A stretch of DNA of 64,000 bases from Halioglobus sp. (GTDB lineage: Bacteria; Pseudomonadota; Gammaproteobacteria; Pseudomonadales; Halieaceae), in assembly GCA_002699145.1 (NCBI GenBank), contig PABK01000036.1:13598-77597 (forward strand), in the 5' to 3' direction. The first letter of the stretch is position 1, and the number at the start of each line of letters is the position of its first letter. Positions 40,135 through 52,303 of the stretch are shown in pieces. The notes under the pieces were generated by a model. That model was not told where the DNA came from, did no database searches, and saw nothing but the letters and a program-made list of their open reading frames with translations. The position numbers were made by a program, and so were the translations under genes.

Positions 40135-40884
40135 TCACGCCAGGGTGCCGCCCTCGACGCGAATATCCTCGCCGGTAATGTGGATGCCGTCCTCGGAGGC
40201 GAGCATCGCGATGACCCCTGCCACCACCTCGGGCCCCTTAGCCCCCGACAGCGACTGGATGCGCCCCATCAGGTCGAAATCCATGGCTTGCGGGAAGGCG
40301 ATGCCGGTGACCATGTCGGTATTGATATCGCCGGGGCAGACGCAGTTGGCGCGCACCCCGCGCTTGGCGTACTCCACGGCGATGCTGCGCGTCATGGCCA
40401 GCACCCCGCCCTTGCTGGCAGAGTAGGCGACGCCACAGGGCAGGCCCGCCAGGGCCGCGGTGGAGGCGGCATTGACGATGCTGCCGCCGCTGTCGAGCAG
40501 GTGCGGCAGCGCGGCGCGGCACAGCAGCATGGTGCCGGTGAGATTGACGTCGATAATCTTCTGCCAGTGGTCGGTCTGCAGGTCCCCGGTGTCGTCAAAG
40601 CGCAGGATACCCGCCATGTTGACCAGCGCGTAGAGGCTGCCGTAGCGCTCGATGCAGGCCTGCACACAGGCATTGACGCTGTCCTCGTCGCTGACATCGC
40701 AGCCATGCGCGCTGGCCTCGCCGCCCGCGCCGCTGATCGTTGCCACGGTGGCGGCCACCGCCTCCTGGTTCAGGTCGACGCAAAACACCGCGCCGCCCTC
40801 GCTGGCGATGCGCAGGGCGCTGGCGCGGCCGATACCGCTGCCCGCCCCCGTGACCAGTACCACCTTGTCCTGAAATCGTTGCAT
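40135..40884 (-). CDS. Short-chain dehydrogenase/reductase
   Basis: TGAGSGIG, NMAGI, NAAS, YSASK, NCVCPG. Confidence 0.93.
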   Translation of the reverse strand: MQRFQDKVVLVTGAGSGIGRASALRIASEGGAVFCVDLNQEAVAATVATISGAGGEASAHGCDVSDEDSVNACVQACIERYGSLYALVNMAGILRFDDTGDLQTDHWQKIIDVNLTGTMLLCRAALPHLLDSGGSIVNAASTAALAGLPCGVAYSASKGGVLAMTRSIAVEYAKRGVRANCVCPGDINTDMVTGIAFPQAMDFDLMGRIQSLSGAKGPEVVAGVIAMLASEDGIHITGEDIRVEGGTLA

Positions 40885-40987
40885 GGAAATCCTCCTCAAT
40901 CGCGGCCGCTAGCATGCCGCCCGCCACGCCGGCGGGTCAAACACACTGGTACGGGGCAGTGAACCGCGCGGCGAACTCTGTAGACCC

Positions 40988-41001
40988 TGTGAAATGTCAC
41001 A
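40988..41001. promoter_or_regulatory. Palindrome TGTGA-N4-TCACA in the divergent SDR/ACAD promoter region
   Basis: TGTGAAATGTCACA in an AT-rich intergenic stretch. Confidence 0.45.
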
Positions 41002-41145
41002 ATTTTTTATGGCAGAATGGGCTGATTTGTTGAGCCAGTATCGGACACGCCCGGGACGGTGCCTTTCACCGGGTACCCCGCGCCCTTAGAATAATCGCCG
41101 CGCGCCCCGAACCGTGTACGGCGTCGACCTGACTAGGAGTACGCA

Positions 41146-42357
41146 GTGACAGCACCCGCCAGGAGTGAAACCTTGGAAGACCTGGAACAGTTCCGCCTGG
41201 AAGTACGGCAGTGGCTGGAAGCCAACTGCCCGGAGTCCCAGCGCCAGCCGATGCCCCCCGAGGAGCAGTACTGGGGTGGCCGCCGGGGGAAATTCGCCAG
41301 TGAGGATGCACGCCTGTGGTTCGAGCGCATGCGTGACAAGGGCTGGGTCGCCCCCGAATGGCCTACCGAGTACGGCGGTGGTGGATTGAGCCCGCAACAG
41401 GGCAAGATTCTCGCGGAGGAGATGAAGGCGCTGCGCTGCCGCAAGCCGATCTTCGGCCTCGGCCTGTGGATGCTGGGACCCGCGCTGCTGGAGTACGGGA
41501 ACGAGGAACAGAAGCAGCGCCACCTGCGCGCCATCGTCAATGGTGAGGCGCGCTGGTGCCAGGGCTATTCCGAGCCGGGTTCAGGTTCGGACCTGGCCTC
41601 CCTGCAGTGCAAGGCCGAGGACAAGGGTGACCACTTCCTGGTCAATGGCAGCAAGATCTGGACGACCAAGGCGGACCAGTGCGACTGGATATTCTGCCTG
41701 GTGCGCACCGACCCGGACGCGAAAAAGCAGGAGGGCATCAGCTTCCTGCTCATCGACATGGACGACCCGGGCATCAGCACGACACCGATCGAGCTCATTT
41801 CCGGCGAGTCCGAGTTCTGCCAGACCTTTTTTGACAACGTCAAGGTGCCGAAGGAAAACCTGGTGGGAGAACTCAACCAGGGCTGGAGCGTGGCCAAGGC
41901 GCTGCTGGTACACGAACGCAAACTGATGTCCGAGATCGGCAGCGATTCGCCGCGCCAGGTGCTGGTGCCCAATGCCGCGGCGCGGGAGTACGCCGAGTTC
42001 GTCGACGGCCGCCTGGCGGACCCGGAACTCCGTCGCCGCCTGGCGGAGTACGACATGCGCATGCAGGCCATCGGCCTGACGCATTTCCGCACCTTTGAAG
42101 AGAAGGTCGCGGGGCAGCGCAGCGCAGCGCCGCTGATCATGAAGTACGCCGGCACAGAGGCGGAAAAACAGAAGAGCGAGCTGCTGCTGGCCATCATGGG
42201 CAGCCGCGGCCTCGGCTGGGAAGGCAAGGAGTTTTCCGAGGCTGAAATCGACACCGTGCGCAACTGGGCCATGAGCTACGCCATGACTATCGCCGGCGGC
42301 ACCTCGGAAATCCAGCTCAATGTGATCGCCAAGAACGTACTGCAACTGCCGCAATAG
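41146..42357 (+). CDS. Acyl-CoA dehydrogenase, PimC/FadE-type large subunit
   Basis: WCQGYSEPGSGSDLASL, VNGSKIWT, KQEGISFLLIDM, TIAGGTSEIQ. Confidence 0.93.
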   Translation: MTAPARSETLEDLEQFRLEVRQWLEANCPESQRQPMPPEEQYWGGRRGKFASEDARLWFERMRDKGWVAPEWPTEYGGGGLSPQQGKILAEEMKALRCRKPIFGLGLWMLGPALLEYGNEEQKQRHLRAIVNGEARWCQGYSEPGSGSDLASLQCKAEDKGDHFLVNGSKIWTTKADQCDWIFCLVRTDPDAKKQEGISFLLIDMDDPGISTTPIELISGESEFCQTFFDNVKVPKENLVGELNQGWSVAKALLVHERKLMSEIGSDSPRQVLVPNAAAREYAEFVDGRLADPELRRRLAEYDMRMQAIGLTHFRTFEEKVAGQRSAAPLIMKYAGTEAEKQKSELLLAIMGSRGLGWEGKEFSEAEIDTVRNWAMSYAMTIAGGTSEIQLNVIAKNVLQLPQ

Positions 42358-42369
42358 GATATCTGCACC

Positions 42370-43509
42370 ATGGCTCTGGTACTGAACGAAGAACAGCGCG
42401 CACTGCGCGATGCCGCACACGACTTTCTCGCCAGCGAAGCACCGGTCGAGGCCCTGCGCAAGCTGCGCGACGACCGGGATCCGCTGGGTTACGCACCCGG
42501 CCTGTGGCAACAGATGGCGCAGATGGGCTGGGCCAGTATTATCCTGCCGGAGAGCTACGGCGGTCTCGACTTCGGCTTCCAGGGCCTGGGCGTGGTGCTG
42601 GAGGAAACCGGGCGCACGCTGGCCGCCTCACCCCTGTTCGCCTCCGCCGTGGTCGGCGCGTCCGCCGTTCTGCTGGGCGGTAGCGAGGCGCAGAAAGAGG
42701 CCCTGCTGCCGGCGATTGCCGCCGGCGAACTGACCCTGGCGCTGGCGCTGGAAGAATCCAACCACCACCGTCCGACGCGCATCGCCACCACCGCCGTGGC
42801 CAGCGCTGACAGCTTTATCCTCAACGGCGACAAGTGTTTCGTCCTGGACGGGCACAGCGCCGACAAACTGCTCGTGGTCGCGCGCAGCGCGGGCGAGCAA
42901 GACGACAGCGAAGGCCTCTCCCTGTTCCTGGTGGACCGGCAGGCCAGCGGCGTTACCTGCACCCGCACCCACCTAATGGACAGCCGCAACGCCGCCAGCC
43001 TGAGCCTGGACAACGTCAGCGTTGCCGCCGCGGATGTGATCGGCGAGGTCGGCAATGCGTGGCCGGTACTGGAACAGGTACTGGACCGCGGCCGTGTGGC
43101 TATCGCGGCGGAAATGATGGGCTGTGCGCTGGAGTGTTTCGAGCGCACCGTGGCCTACCTGAAGGAGCGCGAACAGTTCGGCGCCCTCATCGGCAGCTTC
43201 CAGGCCCTGCAGCACCGCGCCTCGCACATGCAGGCGGAACTCGAACTGGCGCGCTCGGTGATAATGCAGGCGCTGTCGGTGGTCGATGACTCGCCCGAGG
43301 AACTGCCGCGCATGGCCAGCCTGGCCAAGGCGCAGCTCAACGAACTGGTGAAACTGGTCAGCAACGAGGCGGTGCAGATGCACGGCGGCATCGGCGTCAC
43401 CGACGAACTGGAGATCGGTTTGTTTCTCAAGCGCGCGCGTGTGACGATGCAGATCTTCGGCGATAGCGGTTTCCACAAGGACCGCTACGCCACCCTGTGC
43501 GGTTACTAG
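42370..43509 (+). CDS. Acyl-CoA dehydrogenase, PimD/FadE-type partner subunit
   Basis: LNEEQ, LKEREQFGALIGSFQALQHR, VQMHGGIGVTDE; lacks the C-terminal GGT motif. Confidence 0.92.
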   Translation: MALVLNEEQRALRDAAHDFLASEAPVEALRKLRDDRDPLGYAPGLWQQMAQMGWASIILPESYGGLDFGFQGLGVVLEETGRTLAASPLFASAVVGASAVLLGGSEAQKEALLPAIAAGELTLALALEESNHHRPTRIATTAVASADSFILNGDKCFVLDGHSADKLLVVARSAGEQDDSEGLSLFLVDRQASGVTCTRTHLMDSRNAASLSLDNVSVAAADVIGEVGNAWPVLEQVLDRGRVAIAAEMMGCALECFERTVAYLKEREQFGALIGSFQALQHRASHMQAELELARSVIMQALSVVDDSPEELPRMASLAKAQLNELVKLVSNEAVQMHGGIGVTDELEIGLFLKRARVTMQIFGDSGFHKDRYATLCGY

Positions 43510-43521
43510 GAGAAAAGAACA

Positions 43522-43878
43522 ATGGAAGCAGCAGACAAGATCGCGGTAGTACACAAGTACGTGGAGGCCTTCGACAAACAGGACATGGACATCATCCGCG
43601 AGATCTACGCCGCTGATGGTGTGGTCGAGGACCCGGTCGGCACCGACCGCCACGAAGGCCTGGAGGCCATTTGCGAATTTTACGCGGCCAGTCTGCACTC
43701 CGGCGCCAAGCTTCGGCTTACCGGGGAGCCCCGCTGCGCGGGCAACGCCGTCGCCTTTCCCTTCCAGGCCCTGGCGGGCGATATGGTCATCGATATCGTC
43801 GACGTGTTCGAATTCAACGACGACGGCAAGATCGCCAGTATGAAAGCCTACTGGGGTCCGGAAAACATGGCGTCCTGA
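43522..43878 (+). CDS. Ketosteroid (delta5-3-ketosteroid) isomerase-like NTF2/SnoaL protein
   Basis: KYVEAF (Tyr), VEDPVG (Asp38 equivalent), VDVFEF (Asp99 equivalent), MKAYWG resemble Comamonas KSI. Confidence 0.8.
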   Translation: MEAADKIAVVHKYVEAFDKQDMDIIREIYAADGVVEDPVGTDRHEGLEAICEFYAASLHSGAKLRLTGEPRCAGNAVAFPFQALAGDMVIDIVDVFEFNDDGKIASMKAYWGPENMAS

Positions 43879-43893
43879 GCCGGCAGGGCAGCG

Positions 43894-44991
43894 CTAGAAA
43901 TCAAAGGCCTTTTGTTCAGCCACCGCGGCCTCCGGCGCGGCGGCCTGCTCCAGGCCGGACAGGCTCAGCCCGAGCAGGCGCACACCCTGCGGCAGCGGTA
44001 ACTGGCGCGCCAGCAAACCCTGTGCGATGGCGGCGAACTGCGCCTTGTCGGCCAGCGTGTCGGCACTGGTGCTGCTGCGGGTGATCTGGCGGAAGTCCGC
44101 AAATTTTACCTTCAGGGTCACGGTACGGCCGGTGACCCCGTTGTCCTGTATGCGCTGCCATACGCTGTCGATGATCCCCGCCAGCGCCTCGCGCAGCGCC
44201 GCCTCCTCGACCAGGTCCTGGGCGTAGGTACGCTCGCGGCCGACGGATTTGCGCAGGCGGTCGGCACGCACCGGTCGCTCGTCAATGCCCCGGGCCGCCT
44301 GGTACAGGTAGGCGGCGAAACTGCCGAAGTGCTCGACCATGAAATCCATGTCGCAACGACGCAGGTCCGCGCCGGTGTGGATTCCCAGCCGCGCCATACG
44401 CTCCGCCGTGCGCGGCCCGACGCCGTGGAAACGCCGCACCGGCAACGTCGCGACAAAATCCGCTCCCTGGTGGGGCAGGATGACGAACAGTCCGTCGGGC
44501 TTGTCCTGGTCCGAGGCGATCTTCGCCAGGAACTTGTTGTAGCTGACCCCCGCGCTGGCGGTCAGCCCGGTCTCCTGGCGGATCGCGGCGCGGATAAGCC
44601 GGGCGATACGGGTGGCGCTGCCTATCCCCTGTTTGTCGTCGGTGACGTCGAGGTAGGCCTCGTCCAGGGACAGCGGCTCGATCCACCGGGAGTGGCGCGC
44701 GAAGATATCCCGGACCTGGCGCGAGACGGCGCGGTAGACCTCGAAACGCGGTGGCACGAAAACCAGTTCCGGGCAGCGCCTGGCAGCGGTGACCGAGGGC
44801 ATGGCCGAGCGCACGCCGAAGCGGCGCGCCTCGTAACTGGCGGCGGCGACCACGCCGCGCCTGGCCGAACCGCCGACCGCCACCGGCCTGCCGCGCAAGT
44901 CCGGGTCATCGCGCTGTTCCACGCTGGCGAAGAACGCGTCCATGTCCACGTGGATGATCTTGCGCGTCGCGCTGTCGCTGTCTGCGGGCAT
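43894..44991 (-). CDS. dinB: DNA polymerase IV
   Basis: RKIIHVDMDAFFASVE, SYEARRFGVRSAM, IEPLSLDEAYLD, KIASDQDKPDG, RKSVGRERT. Confidence 0.97.
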   Translation of the reverse strand: MPADSDSATRKIIHVDMDAFFASVEQRDDPDLRGRPVAVGGSARRGVVAAASYEARRFGVRSAMPSVTAARRCPELVFVPPRFEVYRAVSRQVRDIFARHSRWIEPLSLDEAYLDVTDDKQGIGSATRIARLIRAAIRQETGLTASAGVSYNKFLAKIASDQDKPDGLFVILPHQGADFVATLPVRRFHGVGPRTAERMARLGIHTGADLRRCDMDFMVEHFGSFAAYLYQAARGIDERPVRADRLRKSVGRERTYAQDLVEEAALREALAGIIDSVWQRIQDNGVTGRTVTLKVKFADFRQITRSSTSADTLADKAQFAAIAQGLLARQLPLPQGVRLLGLSLSGLEQAAAPEAAVAEQKAFDF

Positions 44992-45054
44992 GAGCGGATG
45001 GTAGAGTCCCGGCGCGCGCCGGACAACCGCGCCGAGGCGGGGGATGGCGGGCGG

Positions 45055-45267
45055 TTAGTCGAGGTAGATTGTGTAGTTACGGGCAAAGTCGGCGGCGAAG
45101 CGCTCGATCCATTCCACCGCCGCCTCGTCCAGGGTCAGGTTGCGCCCGCCGCGGCTGTTTTCCTCGAGGCGGTAGCGTTCAATTTCCCGGCACTGGTTTT
45201 CCATGCGGGTGCGGAACGCCTCCTGGCGGGAGGGAATGGTGACGCTGTCGTTCCAGGCGCTCGACAC
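45055..45267 (-). CDS. Small hypothetical protein (stand-alone helical domain)
   Basis: FRTRMENQCREIERYR...GRNLTLDEAAVEWIERFAADF; GTG start after GGAG. Confidence 0.7.
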   Translation of the reverse strand: MSSAWNDSVTIPSRQEAFRTRMENQCREIERYRLEENSRGGRNLTLDEAAVEWIERFAADFARNYTIYLD

Positions 45268-45451
45268 TAGGCGACTCCGTGGTGCTGCTTTGTCATGTCA
45301 TTGATAACAGTTGTACGCGCGAAACACAGCGCCCGGCCGGGGATTTGTGCAACAAGACACAAAATAAATCGGTATTGCAGTGGGTTTTGTGCATTATTAC
45401 CAGGCCCGCAAGCTGTCGCCATTGCCGCCCGGCAACCGCGTGAGGCGCTCG

Positions 45452-45907
45452 CTACAGCAATGTCATGATGACGCGCTGGGTCATGGGTTCGAGATCCAGC
45501 GCAAACGCGGCGTCCTCGTATTTGGGCGGGCCAAAACGCGCCTTGGCGTTGTTCGACAGGGCGATGGGCTCCTTTGGCATGCCGATAAAATTGGTGTCCA
45601 GTTCGCCGTTGCCGTTGGCGTCGTAAAAAATCGAGAAGGCGTAGCTGCCCAGCGGCAGTTGTAGTTCAGTGGTCACCACTTCCCCCTGCAGCGCGCCGGC
45701 GATATCGACCTCGCGGCTGGTCACCGTCTCCTCACCCAGCCAGCGGGACTCGCTGTCGTAGACCGCGACATAGACGCTGCCGGTGACATCCTTCAGGCCG
45801 GTTATCTCGATCTTCAGCAGGCCCGCCGCGCCGTCTTCGGCCTGCGCGGCTGTGGTGGAAAACAACAGGGCCAGGGCCAGCAGGCGGGCAGTACGGCATG
45901 TCTTCAT
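45452..45907 (-). CDS. DUF2141-family exported protein
   Basis: Signal peptide, GSYAFSIFYDANGNGELDTNFIGMPKEPIALSNN...FGPPKYEDA; SD GGAG, start ATG 45907. Confidence 0.88.
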   Translation of the reverse strand: MKTCRTARLLALALLFSTTAAQAEDGAAGLLKIEITGLKDVTGSVYVAVYDSESRWLGEETVTSREVDIAGALQGEVVTTELQLPLGSYAFSIFYDANGNGELDTNFIGMPKEPIALSNNAKARFGPPKYEDAAFALDLEPMTQRVIMTLL

Positions 45908-46044
45908 GGTGAGTCTCCCGGAAAAATGTCGAGCATAGCCCAATCCGGCGCCGGCCGCAGCGTGACGGGAAACCCGCAATGTTACCGCGATTTCGTCGAG
46001 CGGGACGTTGCCTTGTCATCCTGGTCCGCTATGCTGCGCACCGC

Positions 46045-46060
46045 TGGCATGGCACTTGCT
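46045..46060 (+). promoter_or_regulatory. Sigma54 (RpoN) -24/-12 promoter
   Basis: TGGCAT-GGCAC-TTGCT matches TGGCAC-N5-TTGCW with correct spacing. Confidence 0.7.
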
Positions 46061-46185
46061 TCATTTTCACGCAATAGCCGCGGGGGCGCAAAAGCGCGGA
46101 CCTCTGCACGCTGTCGGGGCAGCCCGCCCCCGGCGCAAGCACCAGGGTGGTGCACGCACACGCAACACCAAAGGGAGGAACAGGG

Positions 46186-46452
46186 ATGCAACAGCAAAAC
46201 CTACAGGACGGCCGGGTACGGCGTACCGTCAATGACGTCGTCATGGCGGAAATGTTCCTGGTCCAGGCGACCATCGAGAGCGCCACCGCCATCGGCGAGG
46301 GCATCAACGCACTGGGCAGGCAGATCGCCGGCGCAGGGAATGCCGGTGAAGACTCGCTGCAGGACACCCTGCAGCGTATCCGCAGCAGGGCGCTGGAGCC
46401 CTACACCAGCCGCTTCGGCTACCTGCTCGAGCTGCGCAGGGGCGAGGACTGA
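46186..46452 (+). CDS. Small hypothetical protein
   Basis: Strong SD GGGAGGAA before ATG 46186; predicted helical. Confidence 0.7.
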   Translation: MQQQNLQDGRVRRTVNDVVMAEMFLVQATIESATAIGEGINALGRQIAGAGNAGEDSLQDTLQRIRSRALEPYTSRFGYLLELRRGED

Positions 46453-46461
46453 GACCCGCGC

Positions 46462-46489
46462 TTGCACGCGCGAGTGAGTGCTTTACACT
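46462..46489 (+). promoter_or_regulatory. Sigma70-type promoter TTGCAC-N16-TACACT
   Basis: About 30 nt upstream of ATG 46521. Confidence 0.5.
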
Positions 46490-46520
46490 GTCGCCACCAT
46501 TGGTTCAGGGCGCACTCGCC

Positions 46521-46925
46521 ATGTCTCTCGGCACCTGGGACCCGCAAGCGGGCCCGGCAGACACACCCATAACACTTGAACCGGCGCTGCTGCAGCGCCT
46601 GGCTGACTACAGCCGCGACGGACAGCTGGAACGGCTGGCCCACACCCTGCCCGCCGCGGAGCAACAGCGCCTGGCAGGGCTCATGGCCGTGGACCACGAC
46701 ACCTGGCGCGCCGCCGTCACGGACCTGCCCGACGCCGACATCGAACACCTGGTGCGCTTCTTCGCCGTGGCGGAAAACCTGCCCGGCTGGGAAGCCGGGG
46801 CGGCATCGCCGGCCATCCCGCTGGCCAGGGTGCTGCGCGAACGAGGCGTCAAGCTGCAGCGCCCTTTCCTGCTCTGGCTGCGCGAGGTCAGCGACAACCG
46901 CTTTCTCCCGTACGGCCCTCTGTAA
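46521..46925 (+). CDS. Conserved hypothetical protein
   Basis: MSLGTWDP...LVRFFAVAENLPGWEAGAASPAIPLAR...SDNRFLPYGPL; preceded by a promoter. Confidence 0.75.
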   Translation: MSLGTWDPQAGPADTPITLEPALLQRLADYSRDGQLERLAHTLPAAEQQRLAGLMAVDHDTWRAAVTDLPDADIEHLVRFFAVAENLPGWEAGAASPAIPLARVLRERGVKLQRPFLLWLREVSDNRFLPYGPL

Positions 46926-46957
46926 GCGTCAGCGCGGCAAGCCCGCGGCTGCCGCGC

Positions 46958-47248
46958 TCAGGATTTCCCGCCCGCCTCGAACGCGGCCTGCTGCTCCGGC
47001 GTCGCGGGTGTCTGGTACTTCTCCTTCCAATGCGCATAGGGCATGCCGTAGACGCGTTCACGCGCGGCGTCGTAATCGATCTCGACGCCCTCCTCCTGCG
47101 CGGCGGCCATGTACCACTTGGACAGGCAGTTGCGACAGAATCCCGCCAGGTTCATCAGGTCGATATTCTGCACGTCCTTGCGTTCGTCCAGGTGCTGCAA
47201 CAGGCGGCGGAACGCCGCCGCCTCGATTTTCTCTGTCTCGGACATCAT
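46958..47248 (-). CDS. DUF1244-family protein
   Basis: AAAFRRLLQHL..RKDVQNIDLMNLAGFCRNCLSKWY...VYGMPY. Confidence 0.9.
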   Translation of the reverse strand: MMSETEKIEAAAFRRLLQHLDERKDVQNIDLMNLAGFCRNCLSKWYMAAAQEEGVEIDYDAARERVYGMPYAHWKEKYQTPATPEQQAAFEAGGKS

Positions 47249-47254
47249 CAACTC

Positions 47255-48043
47255 CTATATCGGCATGTACTCGCCGCCGTTCACGTCCAGGGCGGCGCCG
47301 GTGACCACGCTGGAGTAATCTGAACCGAAGAACAGCGCGGCCCTGGCGCAGTCGCCGTCGTCCGGGATCACACCCAGGGGAATACTGGCCGCGACCTCGG
47401 CGATCAGTTCCTCCTCGCTCCTGCCCGAGGACTGGGCCTGCCACTGGAAATACATCTCCACGTTGGGGCCCCACATCCAGCCCATGTGCACGCTGTTGAC
47501 GCGGATATTGTACTTGCCCAGCTCCAGCGCCAGGTGCTTGGTCGCGGCGCGCAGGGCCATCTTGGAGGCGCCGTAGCCGCCCTGGGTCGCCATGGGCTTG
47601 TGCTCCACCATGGTGGCGATCATGACGATGGAGCCCCCCGCGGCCTTCATGTGGGGAATGCAGGCCTGGGTCAGGTGCATGGTGCCGAACAGGTTCACGT
47701 CCATCGCCTGGCGCCAGCCGTCCATGTCGGCGTTTTCGATAGGTTCGAAGGCGCCGGGGTTGTAGGCGGAATTGAACAGGACATCGACGCGGCCGAAGGC
47801 CTCGGCCGTGGCATCCGCCAGGGCCTGGCACTGCGCCTGGTCGGCGATGTCAGTGGCCATTTTCAGGGTCTTGGTACCCAGGCCGAGGTCGTTGATTTCC
47901 TGCTCGGCGGCGTCGAGTTTTTCCTGGGTACGCGCCGCCAGCACCACCGCCGCGGCGCCCTCCTGCGCGGCCAGCGTCGACAGCTCCTGGCCCAGGCCCG
48001 GGCCAATACCGGATACGATCACTACCTTGTCCTTGAGTAACAT
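47255..48043 (-). CDS. Short-chain dehydrogenase/reductase
   Basis: VSGIGPGLG, YGASK, RVNSVHMGWMWGP. Confidence 0.92.
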   Translation of the reverse strand: MLLKDKVVIVSGIGPGLGQELSTLAAQEGAAAVVLAARTQEKLDAAEQEINDLGLGTKTLKMATDIADQAQCQALADATAEAFGRVDVLFNSAYNPGAFEPIENADMDGWRQAMDVNLFGTMHLTQACIPHMKAAGGSIVMIATMVEHKPMATQGGYGASKMALRAATKHLALELGKYNIRVNSVHMGWMWGPNVEMYFQWQAQSSGRSEEELIAEVAASIPLGVIPDDGDCARAALFFGSDYSSVVTGAALDVNGGEYMPI

Positions 48044-48109
48044 GCTGCATTTTCTCCTGTGTGTTATGGGTGTCGGTGTATCAGAGGTGTGCGCGCACCG
48101 GGCGCCATG

Positions 48110-51592
<3,483 letters not shown>

Positions 51593-51712
51593 CGGCACAG
51601 TGTACTGCGGAACCCTCCAGGGCGGCAGAGCCTGCCGCAAATTTTCCCCCGCGGGTTCAGATTTGCACCTGCCGCGCGCTTTTTTCCCCGCCGGCCGCGC
51701 GGCGCGCGGCCG

Positions 51713-52303
51713 CTAGAGCAAGGCACGCACCGGGGCGAAGGAACGGCGGTGCACCGGGGTGACGCCGAGGGTGCGCAGGGCGTCGAGGTGCGCGCGGGTG
51801 GGATAGCCCTTGTGCGCGGCGAAGCCATACCCCGGGTACTGCTGGTCGAGGGCGACCAGTTCCGCGTCGCGCTGTACCTTGGCCAGGATCGAGGCCGCGG
51901 CGATGGCCGGCACCCGGTCGTCGCCACCGACCACCGGTTCCGAGGGATAGGGCCAGTGCGGCAGCCGGTTGCCGTCCACCAGCACGTAGTCCGGTTGCGG
52001 CGCCAGTCCCTCCACCGCGCGGCGCATGGCCAGCAGGGACGCCTGCAGGATGTTCAATTCATCGATCTCCGCCACGCTGGCGCGGCCCAGGGACCAGGCC
52101 AGCGCATGCGTACGGATTTCCCCGGCGAGCGCCTCGCGGCGCCGCGCGGGAATCTTTTTCGAGTCGCGCAAGCCAGCGACGGGAGCCGCCGGATCCAGGA
52201 TAACCGCGGCGGCGACCACATCGCCGGCCAGCGGCCCACGGCCCACCTCGTCCACGCCGGCCAGCCCCCGCGCCGTGTAATCGACTTCAAACAGGTCCTG
52301 CAC
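51713..52303 (-). CDS. rnhB: Ribonuclease HII
   Basis: [42 protein letters not shown]; GTG 52303 after GGAGG. Confidence 0.97.
   Translation of the reverse strand: MQDLFEVDYTARGLAGVDEVGRGPLAGDVVAAAVILDPAAPVAGLRDSKKIPARRREALAGEIRTHALAWSLGRASVAEIDELNILQASLLAMRRAVEGLAPQPDYVLVDGNRLPHWPYPSEPVVGGDDRVPAIAAASILAKVQRDAELVALDQQYPGYGFAAHKGYPTRAHLDALRTLGVTPVHRRSFAPVRALL

Noticed and set aside
40988-41001. CRP site
   Set aside because: Spacer is 4 nt, not the 6 nt CRP requires; kept only as an unassigned palindrome.
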